From: Eledone cirrhosa
Lineage: Eukaryota
Assembly: GCA_964016885.1 (NCBI GenBank)
Contig: OZ024743.1
Location: 238,576,001 to 238,640,000 of the forward strand
Direction of reading: 5' to 3'
Length of the DNA stretch: 64,000 nt
In this document: piece after piece, positions 26,985 to 40,972 of the stretch
How the letters are laid out: the number at the start of each line of letters is the position of its first letter
Numbering within the stretch: position 1 is the first letter of the stretch
The notes under the pieces: model-generated
Told to the model about the DNA's origin: nothing
The model's input: only the letters and a program-made list of their open reading frames with translations
The model's database searches: none
Translations under genes and position numbers: made by a program

Positions 26985-27016
26985 TTAAATAAATATATAT
27001 ATATTTTATCATATTG

Positions 27017-27180
27017 ATTGGCAGTATCGGTAGAGGGTCGGACACCATGCTTTGAAGCATAGAGTTACCTCTCTTTATGATCTGAGTTCAAATCCCGCCG
27101 AGGTTAATTTTGCCTTTCATCTTTACGGGGTCTATAAAATAAAGTAGCAGTAATACACTGGGGTAATTGCTGGCCTTTTG
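27017..27180 (+). mobile_element. SINE family A copy
   Basis: Reads gattggcagtatcggtagagggtcggac...ctgagttcaaatcccgccgaggttaattttgcctttcatc. Confidence 0.88.
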
Positions 27181-27312
27181 CCAAAAGTAGAAACAATTAT
27201 AATATACACGTTTACGCATAATATACATATCGATTTTAAAAATATATAATACATATATATTTACACACATCTCTCTCTCTCTCGCATTGTGTGAGTGTGT
27301 ATATATATATAC

Positions 27313-27344
<32 letters not shown>

Positions 27345-28149
27345 TCGTGTATGTGTATATGTATGTCCTTGCGTATTTAAGTATATATGTGTCGTGTCTA
27401 TACATGTGTGTGTGTTTGTTTATACGTGTGTGTAAACATGTGTGTATACATGTGTACATCTATGTATGTATGTATTATATGTGCTTGTGTATGTGTGTGT
27501 GAGTGTATTTTATAAAAAAAAAAACGGAGCGTGTAATGTAAGTGTGACCTCAGCCTCTTTTTGGTTTTTGATGGATCTCCAAAGTAGGTGAAACACCAAG
27601 TTACAGACAACTCCATTTTCACAATAAATGGAATTCTACATTCATGTAAAGAGTCATTTCATTAATAAATGTTTTGGTGGATGTGTATTGTTAGGCAAAA
27701 TTAGGGCCACTTATATTAATATTATTGTTTATGTTTGTTATCATTGAATGAAATCTTGCATAGAATGTTAACATATATATAAAGCAAAATATATCTATAT
27801 AGAGGGTGGGATACGAAGTATATTTTAAAGGTTAATATTGATTTATATAGAAACCTACATATCGTTCAATACTCTTATCGTAAATAATGAGAATGCGATA
27901 TAGCACCACTGCGGATAAATGTGACCTTCTCAGGCAACGAGGGAGCCTTGCACGTAGTCGATTGTCTTGCTAGAAATAGCAATAAAATTTCCCTTTTAAT
28001 GATACCATATCCTTTTAAAAATGAGGATATCTATGACTACATTGGGTAATATTCTAGTAGTAGATACATAATGCCTGAATCGTCTTTATAGATATGTTTT
28101 TGATCATAGGCCTTCTCATTGAGGTCGATCTAGGGTTAAACAACGGTAA

Positions 28150-28990
28150 CAATAACAAACAGTACCCCCCCACCCCACCACCACCACCACCAGCACAACA
28201 ACAACAACAACAAAAACAACCTCAACTACAACAACCACGATAACAATAACAACAATCACTACTACTACCACAACAACCACAATAATAAATAGAGTAACCT
28301 CAACACTAACACCACTACCCCGACAGCAATAACACCCACCATCACCTCCACCAACAACAACAGCAACAACAACAAATTCTACAACCAACACAACAATATA
28401 ATCAACAACTACCATCACCACTACCACCACCTCCACAACAACAACAGCAACAACCACTATAATAACTACAGCAACCAGAAAAACAATAACCTCAACCACT
28501 TACACCACGGCCCCGACAACCATAACACCCACCACCACTAACAACAACAACAATCACAACAATAAGAGCAGCAACCACCACAACAAAACAACAACCACCA
28601 CAACTACAACAACAACAACAACCACAGCAACAATATCATCAAACACTAGCACCACCACAACAAGCACTACAACAATAACCTCAACCACCAACACCACCGC
28701 CCGACAACAATAACACACCACCACCACCACCACAACCACAACAAAAACAGCACAACAGTATCATCAACCACTACCAGAGCAACCACTACAACAATAACCT
28801 CAAACACCAACACCACTGCCCGACAACAATAACACACCACCACCACCACAACAACAACAACAACCAAAACAACAATATCATCAACCACTACAACAGCAAC
28901 CACTACAACAATAACCTCAAACACCAACACCACATTAATAACAGCGCCCACTACTATTACCATTATCACCACCACAACAACAATAAATGT
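28150..28990. repeat. CAA/CAC low-complexity tract with a higher-order ~120-180-bp unit
   Basis: A recurrent acaataacctcaa..accaacacca..gcccgacaacaataacacacc motif appears about five times. Confidence 0.8.
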
Positions 28991-29515
28991 CACGCCCTGT
29001 ATAACTCTCAGTTAAACTGCCATATGTTGTTGCACTGAATATGTTGAAGAAACAAAACCAGAAGTTAGAACCCATGCGTTCAATAAAGACAAGTTAATTT
29101 CTATTATATTCACTTTTCTGTTTTCTTCATTGGAACTCTGATATCATCATTTTTATCATCGTGTCAGGCGCAAAATAGATTTCTCTTGCTTTAGGGGGTG
29201 CAGTTACTACTACAAAATTTCAACATGCCAACCGTTCTTTGACTTAGCCAGATGTGATGAGTAAACAGAGCTGGGATCTATATTTTACGTCCGACTTGGA
29301 GATTAAAAAAAAGATGACATGAGAGTTACAACGAAGAAAAACAAATAGGAATCAGTTCACCTCTTAATTCTTGAATATTTTATTTTATCGTTTAGTTAGG
29401 GGCAGTAATGCAGCAACTTGATCTTTGGCGCAAATACTCTGATTGGTGAAGGGCGGTGAGGGCATGTCGCGTCTATTGGGTTATCATCAGATTGAACATT
29501 CAGTTCCTGAAAGTG

Positions 29516-29825
29516 CATGGCATTGTGGTTAAGGTATTCGGCTCACGATGGCATGGTCATGAGTTCGGTTTCCAGCCGCGCGCTGTGTCCTTGAGCAAGA
29601 TATTTTATTTCATGTTGTTCCAGTCTACCTAACTGGCAAACGAGCTGTACCTGTAATTCGTAGGGCTAGCCTTGTCACATTCTGTGTCGGGCTGGATCTC
29701 GCTGAGAACTATTTTTAGGTACGTGTGTTTGTGGAATGCTAGCCACTTGCACGTTAATTTCAGGAACAGGCTGTTCCATTGATTATATCAACAGAACTCG
29801 TCATCGTAACCGACGGAGTGCCACT
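29516..29825 (+). mobile_element. SINE family B copy (tRNA-like head)
   Basis: Has A/B-box-like tggcattgtggttaag...gagttcggtttcc. The body is homologous to 10735-10975, and a partial reverse copy lies at ~55030-55190. Confidence 0.8.
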
Positions 29826-30940
29826 ACAACTTCGAAAATTCAGTCTGGGTAAAACAACGTGTCGAGGGTGATGTAGGTGGTTGTTAAAATCAAGACGAAC
29901 TTCCTTATGTCAGACTATCTGAGACCTGGTGTGTCTGTCGTGGGTGGTGAAGGATGGTGAAAACTAAACATATCTACCCGGTTATAATCACGCACATATC
30001 ACACACACATCACACACAGGTCACACATACATACACACACACATGTGCACACACACGCATGTGCACACGCACGCATGTGTACACACATGCATGCGCACAT
30101 ACACGCATGTGTTCACACACACACGCATGTGCACATATACAGACTATCTCTTTCCATTGCTATTTCTATATAAATACTAATTTTCGTCTCCCTATATATC
30201 TCTTTAGCCACCGCCCACACACATTTTCTCTATTACACACACACACTCATACCTCCCCACACACATGCACAAACATGCATACATATACACAAATACAAAA
30301 ACATACGCACACACACACACATAATCACACAAATGTGCACACATATACACAGACATAAAAATACACACACAAATACGCACACATTTACACAATCACAAAA
30401 ATCGTACACACAAACAATTACACAAACTACACGTACACGAACACACATGATCACACTATCAAACACGTATGGAATCAAACACCCGCATACAATCACCACA
30501 CGTTCGTCTACCACACATATACACATATAGAAAGTCTATTCAGAATGTTGCCAAATTCTACAGAAATTCTTTCAGAAAATATGTATGACACAGAGATATA
30601 ATTCTTGAGAAAATATTTCTTTACCAAATAATAAGATTCTTCTCATCAGACTTTCTGTGGAACTCTCCAGAAATTGTGGATTACCAAACAAGCAATACTG
30701 GAATAATTCATTAAAATTGTATTAGATTTTTTCGCGAGCTTTATTTTAATGCATTCTATAATTAATTAATTATTCATATAAATTTGTTTGGTTGTTTGTT
30801 TGTGTGTGTGCGTATTTGTGATAATTTATGTGTCTGTATACTGCTTTATATGTGCATATGGCTTTTATTTATGTATGTGTGTTTTGTGTGTTTGTATCTT
30901 TGCGTGTGTGTGTATAAGTGTATGTGAGTGTTAGGGCTTC

Positions 30941-31026
<86 letters not shown>

Positions 31027-31614
31027 CGCTTGTCTTTGTGCATATGCATGTTTGGGCGCATCTGTGTAGGCATGTGCGTTATGTGCACATATGTGTCGGT
31101 GGAGGAGCTGTCTGTATGTGTTTTGTGTATGCATGTGTGTAAGTGTGTGTATGTGTGTGTGTATGTGTGTCTATCTGTGCGACTGATGACATCATGTCTG
31201 TCTCTGTATTAGTGTATACTAGGTTGCGTTTTTGAATGTTTACGCCTGTGTCAGTATGCATGAATGTTCCCGTTTGCCTATGTCTTCTATCAGGTATTGT
31301 ATATATTACTGTGTGTGTGTGTGCGTACACTCGTATTAATTTGTTATTGCTGGTGGTACTGTACGTCTGTGCGTAATCTTCCTTTATATTTAGTGTCTCT
31401 GCGTTTAGGGCACAGACATATACACACATATACACATATATATATGTATATATATATATACATATATATATTTATATATATATATGTATATATATACATA
31501 TATATATTTATATATATATATATATGTATGTATATATATTTATATATATATATATATACTTATATATATATATATATATGTATATATTTATATATATACT
31601 TATATATATATGTG

Positions 31615-31697
<83 letters not shown>

Positions 31698-31711
31698 CTA
31701 GTATCTATATT

Positions 31712-31782
<71 letters not shown>

Positions 31783-31807
31783 TTATATTTATATATATAT
31801 ATATATT

Positions 31808-31874
<67 letters not shown>

Positions 31875-32618
31875 TTACTAACACATAGAGATGCATATAT
31901 AGACACTCCCATGCACACACACACGCACACATCTACGTATTTGTAGTTTTTGGTTGGTTAAATGTTCGTTTCTCCTTAATATTGTTTGCCATTATAATTT
32001 TATTAGAATATAAACGATGATAATATTAGCAACAACAACAATAATAATAGTTTTGGTTATTTTTGTAGTTTTGTTATTCTGTTTCGAACTGATGTCATTT
32101 CTTTGTTTAATTTACATCCTCATCAAATCCGTTGTCATAATGATGACGATGGTGACGAGGAGCAGAATGAGGGGGCGAGGGCATCATTATAATCACCATT
32201 ATTATCATTATCATCATTATCATCATCATCAACATCATAACCATAATGTTCACAGTTATCTTCAACTTTAATAATGCTGCTAACTTTGATGCATCAACTC
32301 ACTCCCCACTCAGAGACCCCCTATCCCCAGAATACTACTACCACCAACACCACTATCAAAATGTTCACACACATACACACACACACACACACACATACAC
32401 ACACACACACACATACATACACACACACACGCGCACACGCACACACGCACACACACGCATAGATAATATATTTGGCCAAAGCCCCTCCACTCTCAACAAC
32501 CTCCTCTCCATCGCCGCCAATCTTAAGCCAGATATCTTTAACTCCATCCCATGACTTAGCATCCACATGAAGCCTCCTCCTTTAACTCATCCCGACTACA
32601 CACACACAGACACACACA

Positions 32619-33327
<709 letters not shown>

Positions 33328-33719
33328 CTCATTTATGTTTCGTGGTTCACCAATAGATAGAGCTTGTGATTCCGTTTAGTTAACCACGATGTAATAGTGG
33401 GACGTGTTACGCAACTCCTCCATCATTGATGTTGAATCTTGTGGCTGGTGCAGGAACGGAGTTAACTATTAGTTTGATTAAAATAATAGGAGGCTGGACT
33501 GGCGATGTTCCTTTAAAGTTTTATTCTTGTAAAATTACTATATATATTTCAATAGATTGGTTACGTAAGATCCTGGTGATATCATCCTATCGATCCCATC
33601 GTAAGAGTGTCCAGCAGCTTTAGTTTAGTCAGTTGGCAGATGATTATCACTTATGTTTTGTCAAAGAAGTGCAAACACGACCACATAAGGTGCAAGAGTG
33701 TGGGTTATAAAACAAGATA

Positions 33720-34400
33720 GCTGGTAGAAGTTCATATATTTTAGTCCTCGTTCATGCATCTCTCAGTCATTGTTGACGGTTAAATTCAAAAGTTTTAATG
33801 GTACAATAACAATTCGCTCCTCACTTCTAAAGGTATGCCAATAACTTCAAGATTACTTTTTAGCTTGTCCTTATACCTGAGCCATGACATTCCTACATTA
33901 TGTTTACCACAATAAATCTGATAAGAGGCCCTTATGTATTCGATTGTCACTCATTCTGATGATATAGCCAAGCAATCGTAATTGGGACTACACGAAGAAA
34001 GTCTCGATATCTCCAATTTGGCACTTCGTGAACATATCTGAATTTGAGATTTTATTTTCAAGTATGTAACCAGAAATTGTACGAGGGTAGCCCTTGTCGA
34101 ACACATCTAGCTGATTTATGGGTGTGCGATACGGATTTCAGGACTCATATCCATACAAAAGGGTGGTGAGGGCAACAGCTTTGTAGATTTTAATTTTGGT
34201 TTCTAACTTTATGTCCCTCTCTCTCCAGATAAGACGATGGAGTTTAACATGCATTTGAGGTTTTGTCAATTCAATGGATGCATTTGAGTTAACTTTATTT
34301 CACATAAATGACTTAACATATGTTAAATGTTTCCCTTCTATCTTAATAGGGGTAGACAGCAACAGGTGAACTAGTGGCTCTTGTTTGATACCTCCTATCT
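33720..34400 (-). mobile_element. Highly decayed RTE LINE remnant
   Basis: Minus-strand translation gives KLHRLIWRERDIKLETKIKIYKAVALTTLLYGYES and RMSDNRI. Confidence 0.75.
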
Positions 34401-35087
34401 GCTAGGGTGTTGGTGGACAACGTCGGTCATCTTTATGCTGATAACAAGCCTAACATTTTGCTCACGATTAAGGAACATTTTACGAGCTCCTGGGTCTCTT
34501 CGAATGATATCACAATGCGTGTTGCATCATCCAGAAACATCATAATGATGCTAGATGTTAGTTGTGTTTTCGTTTGTAAAAGTTGTACTCTTTATATTTT
34601 AATTTATTAAGTTACTATTATGTGCATTTCCGAGGTGCCCACCAGTGGTTATGTAACTAATTTTGGTGGACACGTCTTCATCAGAGGACATTTTACATGT
34701 AAACAAAGTTGGTTATATGATGGGCTGAGGGACTTAGGTTGTTTCTTGTCTCGAGTTCGGTCACTATACAGAAGAATCTTTATATTTCTACCTACTTGTT
34801 GGTAGGCAGGTTGTAAATATGATAGTTTGTTAGAAGCTGCTTCTAATTGCTTGGCAAGTAATTTTTAAAATCGGCCGACTCTTACCTTGATTAATGGATT
34901 TGCTGATGGATCTCATATCACCGACAGTCCCTCAGCATTCTGCTATCAATGGTGGTAATAAGAAATGTTGTTCTTTCGTATAGAGGTTAACCGGCCATGT
35001 TTAATTAGATATATATCCCAGGTGTGTTTCAGTTTCCATTCATGATATGGAACTCTAGCGCTCGTATTTGACGTCAATTTGGTGACA

Positions 35088-38000
35088 TCTCTATATATAT
35101 AAAACGGTAGATGTCTATCTGTATGTGTGTATGATTTTTATGCATTTCCACATTTCTCTACCGATTTTGATGATTTCTTTTCCAATGTGCTCCAAATTTA
35201 CCAGGGCAGATCAAGGCGTAATAATTTTTGCCAAATATTTCCTGCTTCTATGAAAGAAAATCGATAAAACTAAATACATGCTGTAACCCTCTCTCTTACA
35301 CGCTTCATTTTTCTCACTACTACCATCAAAAAGATATGAAACTACATACATGTTGCAACTCTCTTTAAAAGGTTAATCCCTTCCTCTACTCCACTCTCAA
35401 TCTCCTCTGCAACTCTCTTTAAAAGGTTCATCACTCTCTCTACCCCTCCCCTCAATATCCTCTGCAACTCTCTTTAAAAGGTTACTGCCTCCGTCTAATA
35501 CTCTATCACCATTACAATTTAGAACAACGACAAAACTTCTTTTGAAGGAACGCGACACAAACTTTGAAACCTAAGCGACACAACAACCATAGCTTTACTC
35601 TCTCCGTCGCTCTTCCCTCTCTCTACAATCGATTATCCCCCCTCTCTATAATTTAACTGCTTTACTCTCTTCATGCCTCGCGGTTTAACACTAGCTTCAC
35701 TCTATCCGTCGCTCTTCTCTCTCTATATAATAGATCATTCCCCCTATTCGTTCGGGAACGCGAAAAAAACTTTGATAACTAAGCAACACATCATTTTATA
35801 CAACAACAAACAATCATAACGACACTCATACATTAAATATCAAAATTTAAAAAGCCGATAACACTAAATACATACTGCTCTCTCAACGTTACATTTTACA
35901 CACTTACATTTTACATCAAATAACAAATATTCAAAAGCAACAGATGAATTTATAAAACAACAAACGTGACAATAACGACGCTTAAGCATTTATTTACATG
36001 ATTCTCAACAAAGGCATTATATTTTATTGTTGCCCTTTTTGTAATTTTCTTTCTTTGTTTTTCTCAATATGAGACAAAAAATTAATGAGAACTTTTTTCA
36101 CGGGATTCTATTCAAAGTCGGGACAATTATTGCTTTTGGTCATGAAGCAAACAAATTTCAAATCAATCAACAATAAGGGCAAAAGTCGATCATGATCATT
36201 CCCCCTCTCTATAATTTAACTGCTTTACTCTCTCTGTCGCTCTTCACTCCCTATATGACAACACTGCAGAGAGAGAAACAATGTATATAATCAAATGGAG
36301 CGTTCCGTATATTCCCCCTCTCTATAATTTAACTGCTTTACTCTCTCTGTCGCGGGCTGCCACATGCTCACATTTTGATTTGGTTAGCTGATAAAATCAA
36401 TTCAAATGCCATAGACAGCTTCATTTCGGCTGAAATCCCTAACCCAGCAACTGACCAGGAATTACATGACATCGTCAAAGGTAACATGATTCATGGTCCG
36501 TGTGCGTCGGGTCCTAATGAGCATCACACGTGTCTGAAAGAGGGAGGTCGTGCTTTAAGGGATACCCCACACAATTTGTGAAACCAGACTCAGACTGGTG
36601 GCGACGGGTACCCCTGTACAGGCGGAGACGGCCCGAGAACGGTGGCTTCACCACAACAGTAAGGGGAGGTAAAGTCCACAATAGATGGGTGGTCCCTTAC
36701 TGCCCGCTTCTCTTGAAGATGTTCAACGCCCACATCAAACGTTGAGTTTTGCAGCTCCGTCAAGTCGATACGTATGCAAATATGCAAATATGTAAATAAG
36801 GGCTCTGATGCCGCAATGTTCGCATTTCAAGCTGAAAATAGCAGGGACGAGGTCACAGAATACCTGGCGGGGCGGTACATCAGTAGCAATGAAGTTTTTG
36901 GCGTCTATTTGGTTTACCCCTACACCAACGTCACCCCACCATCATACAGCTTGCGGTACATTTGGAAAATGGGCAAAGGGTTTAATTTACGGACCAAACC
37001 GCCGCCAAGTTGGCCGCCGATCCGAAAGAGACCACTCTGACGGGTTTCTTCAAACTTTGCCAGTTCGATAAATTTGCGCAAACAATTGTGTACTCCCAGG
37101 TTCCATCCTACTTTATATGGTCGAAAAACACTTGGGTGCGAAGAAAGTCAGGTCAGGCTGCTGAAAGACATCCTGGTGTAAAATTTGACAGCTATCTTGC
37201 AAGGGTTTACTGTGCCCGCAATTCAGTATGAGTGCTTTCATCTCCGCCTTCTTCTGAATGAAGTTGTAGGCCCACACATTTTTCAGAACATCAAAACTGT
37301 TGATGGAGAAATATGCGATACGTACCGGGAAGCCTGCTTTAAGCGTGGTCTTTTGGAAGATGATTCGCAATGGCATTCCACTTTTAGCAGAGGGTACTTT
37401 GTTGAAATCACCTAAAGATCGACGGGAACTCTTTGCTATTTTGCTTCAAAAGTGTGAATTGGGTGATGCCAAACCCTTATGGGTCAAGTACAGAGACTTC
37501 ATGTCTGAGGACTTCCTGCGCCTGGCTCATCTGCAGTATACTTCAGTGGAAGTTGGTTACAGCGACATTATCTACAACAGGGCACTCATTGATATCGAGG
37601 ACGCCCTCCTCGACATGGGTGGGAGTGAGTTGGCGACGTATGGCTTGCCGTCTACCGTCAGAGAGGAAGCTAACACGTTGGCCCCGGATTTGTTGCGGGA
37701 AACAGCATATGACATCGAATCTCTTTCCCAATACTTAGAGGAAAATGAGCCCAAACTTCTGTCGGACCAAAGGTTAGCCTATTTAACTATCATTGACGCG
37801 GTTCAAAATTAGACTGGGAGTATTTACTTTCTCGATGCTCCTGGGGGTACCGGAAAAACTTATGTAACGAAATTGATTCTCGCTAAGATTCTTCAGGAGA
37901 AAAAAATTGCGTTGGCCGTTGCATCGTCCGAGATCGCTGCTACTTTGCTGCCGGGAGGCAGGACAGCACATACAACCTTTAAACTCCCTTTGGATTTAAT

Positions 38001-39436
38001 AAAAACTGAGACACCAACATGCAATATCAGCAAGAGTTCACACGAAGCTCTGGTTCTCAAAAAATGTTGCCTCATTGTTTGGGATGAGTGCACAATGGCA
38101 CACAAGGGTGCACTTGAGGCATTGGACAGGACCCTGAAAGACATTAGGGATTCTACGGCTCCTATGGGTGGCGTAACCATTCTGCTATCAGGGGATGTTC
38201 GGCAAACGCTGCCTGTCATCCCCAAAGGGACAAGAGCTGATGAAGTGCGTGCCTGTCTCAAGTCGTCCATGTTGTGGCTCCAGGTGAAGAGTTTGTACCT
38301 GAGCACAAATATGCGTGCTCATTTACATGGTCACAACATGTCTGCAGCATTTGCTCAGAATATTTTAGCACTTGGTGAGAGCAAGATCCCTGCGGATGAC
38401 AAGGGCTGCATAGCAATCGACTCCCTGTGCAACATTGTGAGCAGCCCTTCTGACCTTTGGGAAGCAGTTTTTCCTAATGTCTTATCTAACTTTAAAAACC
38501 TCGATTGGCTCAGCGAAAGAGCCATCCTTGCTCCAAAAAATACCATGGTTAATTTTATTAACGAGCAGCTGATTGAGAAAATTCCCGGTAAAGAACACAT
38601 CTTCAAATCTATCGACCGGACGTCAGACCCCGACGATATCGTTAATTATCCGGTTGAGTTATTAAATTCCCTTGAGCCCCAGGGCTCCCAACTCACATTC
38701 TTAAGCTTAGGGTTGGCTCTCCCATTATGCTAATAAGGAACTTGCGTCCACCAAAGCAGTGCAACGGTATTCGCATGGTCGTCAAGTCACTGACGCCCCA
38801 CTTGATTGAGGCCACCATTGTAACGGTGTGCGGGAGAGGGGAGAATGTTTTCATTCCAAGGATGAACCTTTTCCCCTCGGCGTCAGATATCCCGTTCGAT
38901 TTCCGGCGATCCCAATTTCCGGTGAGACCATGTTTTGCCATGTCCATTAATAAGTCACAAGGGTAAACATTGTCGGTGGCGGGCATCCATTTGGTGGAGC
39001 CATGCTTCTCCCATGGCCAACTTTATGTTGCCTGTTCTCGCGTAGAGAGCAGGAATGGACTTTTTGCTTACACTCCTCAAGGGATGACACGCAATATAGT
39101 CTACAAAGAGGTGTTATAGATGTTGGTGCAGGTGTTGGAGGTGTTGGAGCTATGCCGTCTGGAAAACTGGTAGAGTCACCCATAGCGGACAGATCTGACA
39201 CCCAGCGGCTTCAGGGCTACTATCTTGAAACTTTGGTCTACAAAAATTCGCTATTGGAAGATTATTAACCCATTATTGATTGTCCAAAATGCTAATTGGT
39301 TCGTAACTATTAATAACCGGTTCAACTGCTTTAGGCACTTAATTGATAAGCTTATGCGCTTTCAAGATATGTTTACCTGTTTGTAACTTTTCATAGCAAA
39401 TTAACAAACCCGAGCAACGCCGGGCTAAACTGCTCG
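35088..39436 (+). mobile_element. Helitron (internally deleted)
   Basis: The 5' end is A|TCTCTATATATATAAAACGG. The 3' end has a hairpin cccgagcaacgccggg followed by CTCG|T (a CTAG variant). RepHel remnant inside, and short tandem repeats at 35355-35480 and 35590-36350. Confidence 0.92.
36351..39119 (+). pseudogene. Helitron RepHel (HUH Rep + Pif1-like SF1 helicase), frameshifted and N-terminally deleted
   Basis: Motifs RGLPHAHILIWL (HUH), KYVNKG, DAPGGTGKT, WDECTM, GDVRQTLPV, FAMSINKSQG and FSHGQLYVACSRV are spread over several frames with stops. Confidence 0.95.
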
Positions 39437-39716
39437 TATATCAGTATAATAGTATGAATGAGAATCTGTCGGTATATAAGCAACATACATGTTTATGTGG
39501 AGCTAAAAAAAATATTAATTATTAATATATTATGTACAATATAAAACATAAAATACATATACAAACACATGGAATTCCATATAAAGGCATACAAGGCATC
39601 ATATAAACATATATATATAAGAGTATATGGAAACATATATACATACATGCATAAATACATGTATATATACCCATGCCCTTATATACACACATATTCATAC
39701 AACATACAATAGTGTA

Positions 39717-39774
<58 letters not shown>

Positions 39775-39809
39775 TAAACGGAAACATCTATGCATACATA
39801 GATGTGCTC

Positions 39810-39810
<1 letters not shown>

Positions 39811-39883
<73 letters not shown>
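39811..39883. repeat. (CAT)n microsatellite
   Basis: Read directly. Confidence 0.95.
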
Positions 39884-40191
39884 TGAAAAAGTGTACAAAA
39901 TACAAGAAATACACATTCTAAATGATACGGGATATATAAATTTGTCAGAATGTAGAAAGAATAAGAAGTATATTTTATATACATAAAACATTAAAATATT
40001 AAATATTAAAAATACACAATATATATAGAATATATAGAGTACATGAATATGCACACATTTAAACATCCACAGACCGATCTACATACACGCACACACGCTC
40101 AGAGACACACGCACGTATACACACAGAAACACATATATTTGTGGATGCATATATACAGAGCTGTTCACATATATAATACAAGTGTATAACG

Positions 40192-40286
<95 letters not shown>

Positions 40287-40819
40287 CGCATACGCCAACA
40301 TCAACACCACGCGTGTATGTTCATATACATACTTACTTATAAGGCATCGATTATCTCATACCTATAAATATACGCATGATATAATATATAACATAAATAA
40401 ATGGTATAAAATAAACATATATCAAATAAGAACTATAATAGAAAATATATGATATATAAGTATGTTAAGTCTATACGAAGTATCAAATGTAGAACGTATC
40501 TAACAAATTAAAATTAGAAATTATTATGTGGGAATAAAGGTGATACATATTTTTAAAAAAAGGAAGTTAGATGTAAGAGAATACAGGCTAGACATAAGTG
40601 TTAAATATTAAAGTAATGAAGGGTATAAAAATATTAGATATAGAGAGCTATATTTAGAAAAATAGATTTATATATGAGAGGAGAGGAATAATGCACTGAA
40701 GTAAAAGGAATTCTTCTTGAGTTTTCTTTTCTAAATATATAAGGGAATTATACGCTGTTGAAAATGCTGACAGGCTGACGAGACAGGACCATTCTTTATT
40801 TTTATAATAATAATAATGA

Positions 40820-40972
40820 TTTCTATTATTATTACAAGGCCAGTAATTTGGGGAGAGGGGAAAGTGATTAAATCGACCCAGTGCGTGACTGGTACTTTAT
40901 TTTATCGACCTCGTAAGGATGAAAGGAAAATCTAACCTCGGCAGAATTAGAAATCAGAATGTAAAGGGCCGT
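40820..40972 (-). mobile_element. SINE family A copy, abutting a Tx1 3' end
   Basis: Reads gactggtactttattttatcgacctcgtaaggatgaaagg...acctcggcagaatt. Confidence 0.85.

Noticed and set aside
27017-27110. tRNA gene
   Set aside because: The A/B-box-like sequence is the head of a multi-copy SINE and has no complete cloverleaf.
35355-36350. CRISPR-like spaced repeats
   Set aside because: These are irregular tandem repeats inside a eukaryotic Helitron, with no constant spacer length and no cas genes.
37873-38733. Host PIF1 helicase gene
   Set aside because: It lies downstream of HUH Rep motifs, within Helitron termini, and is frameshifted.
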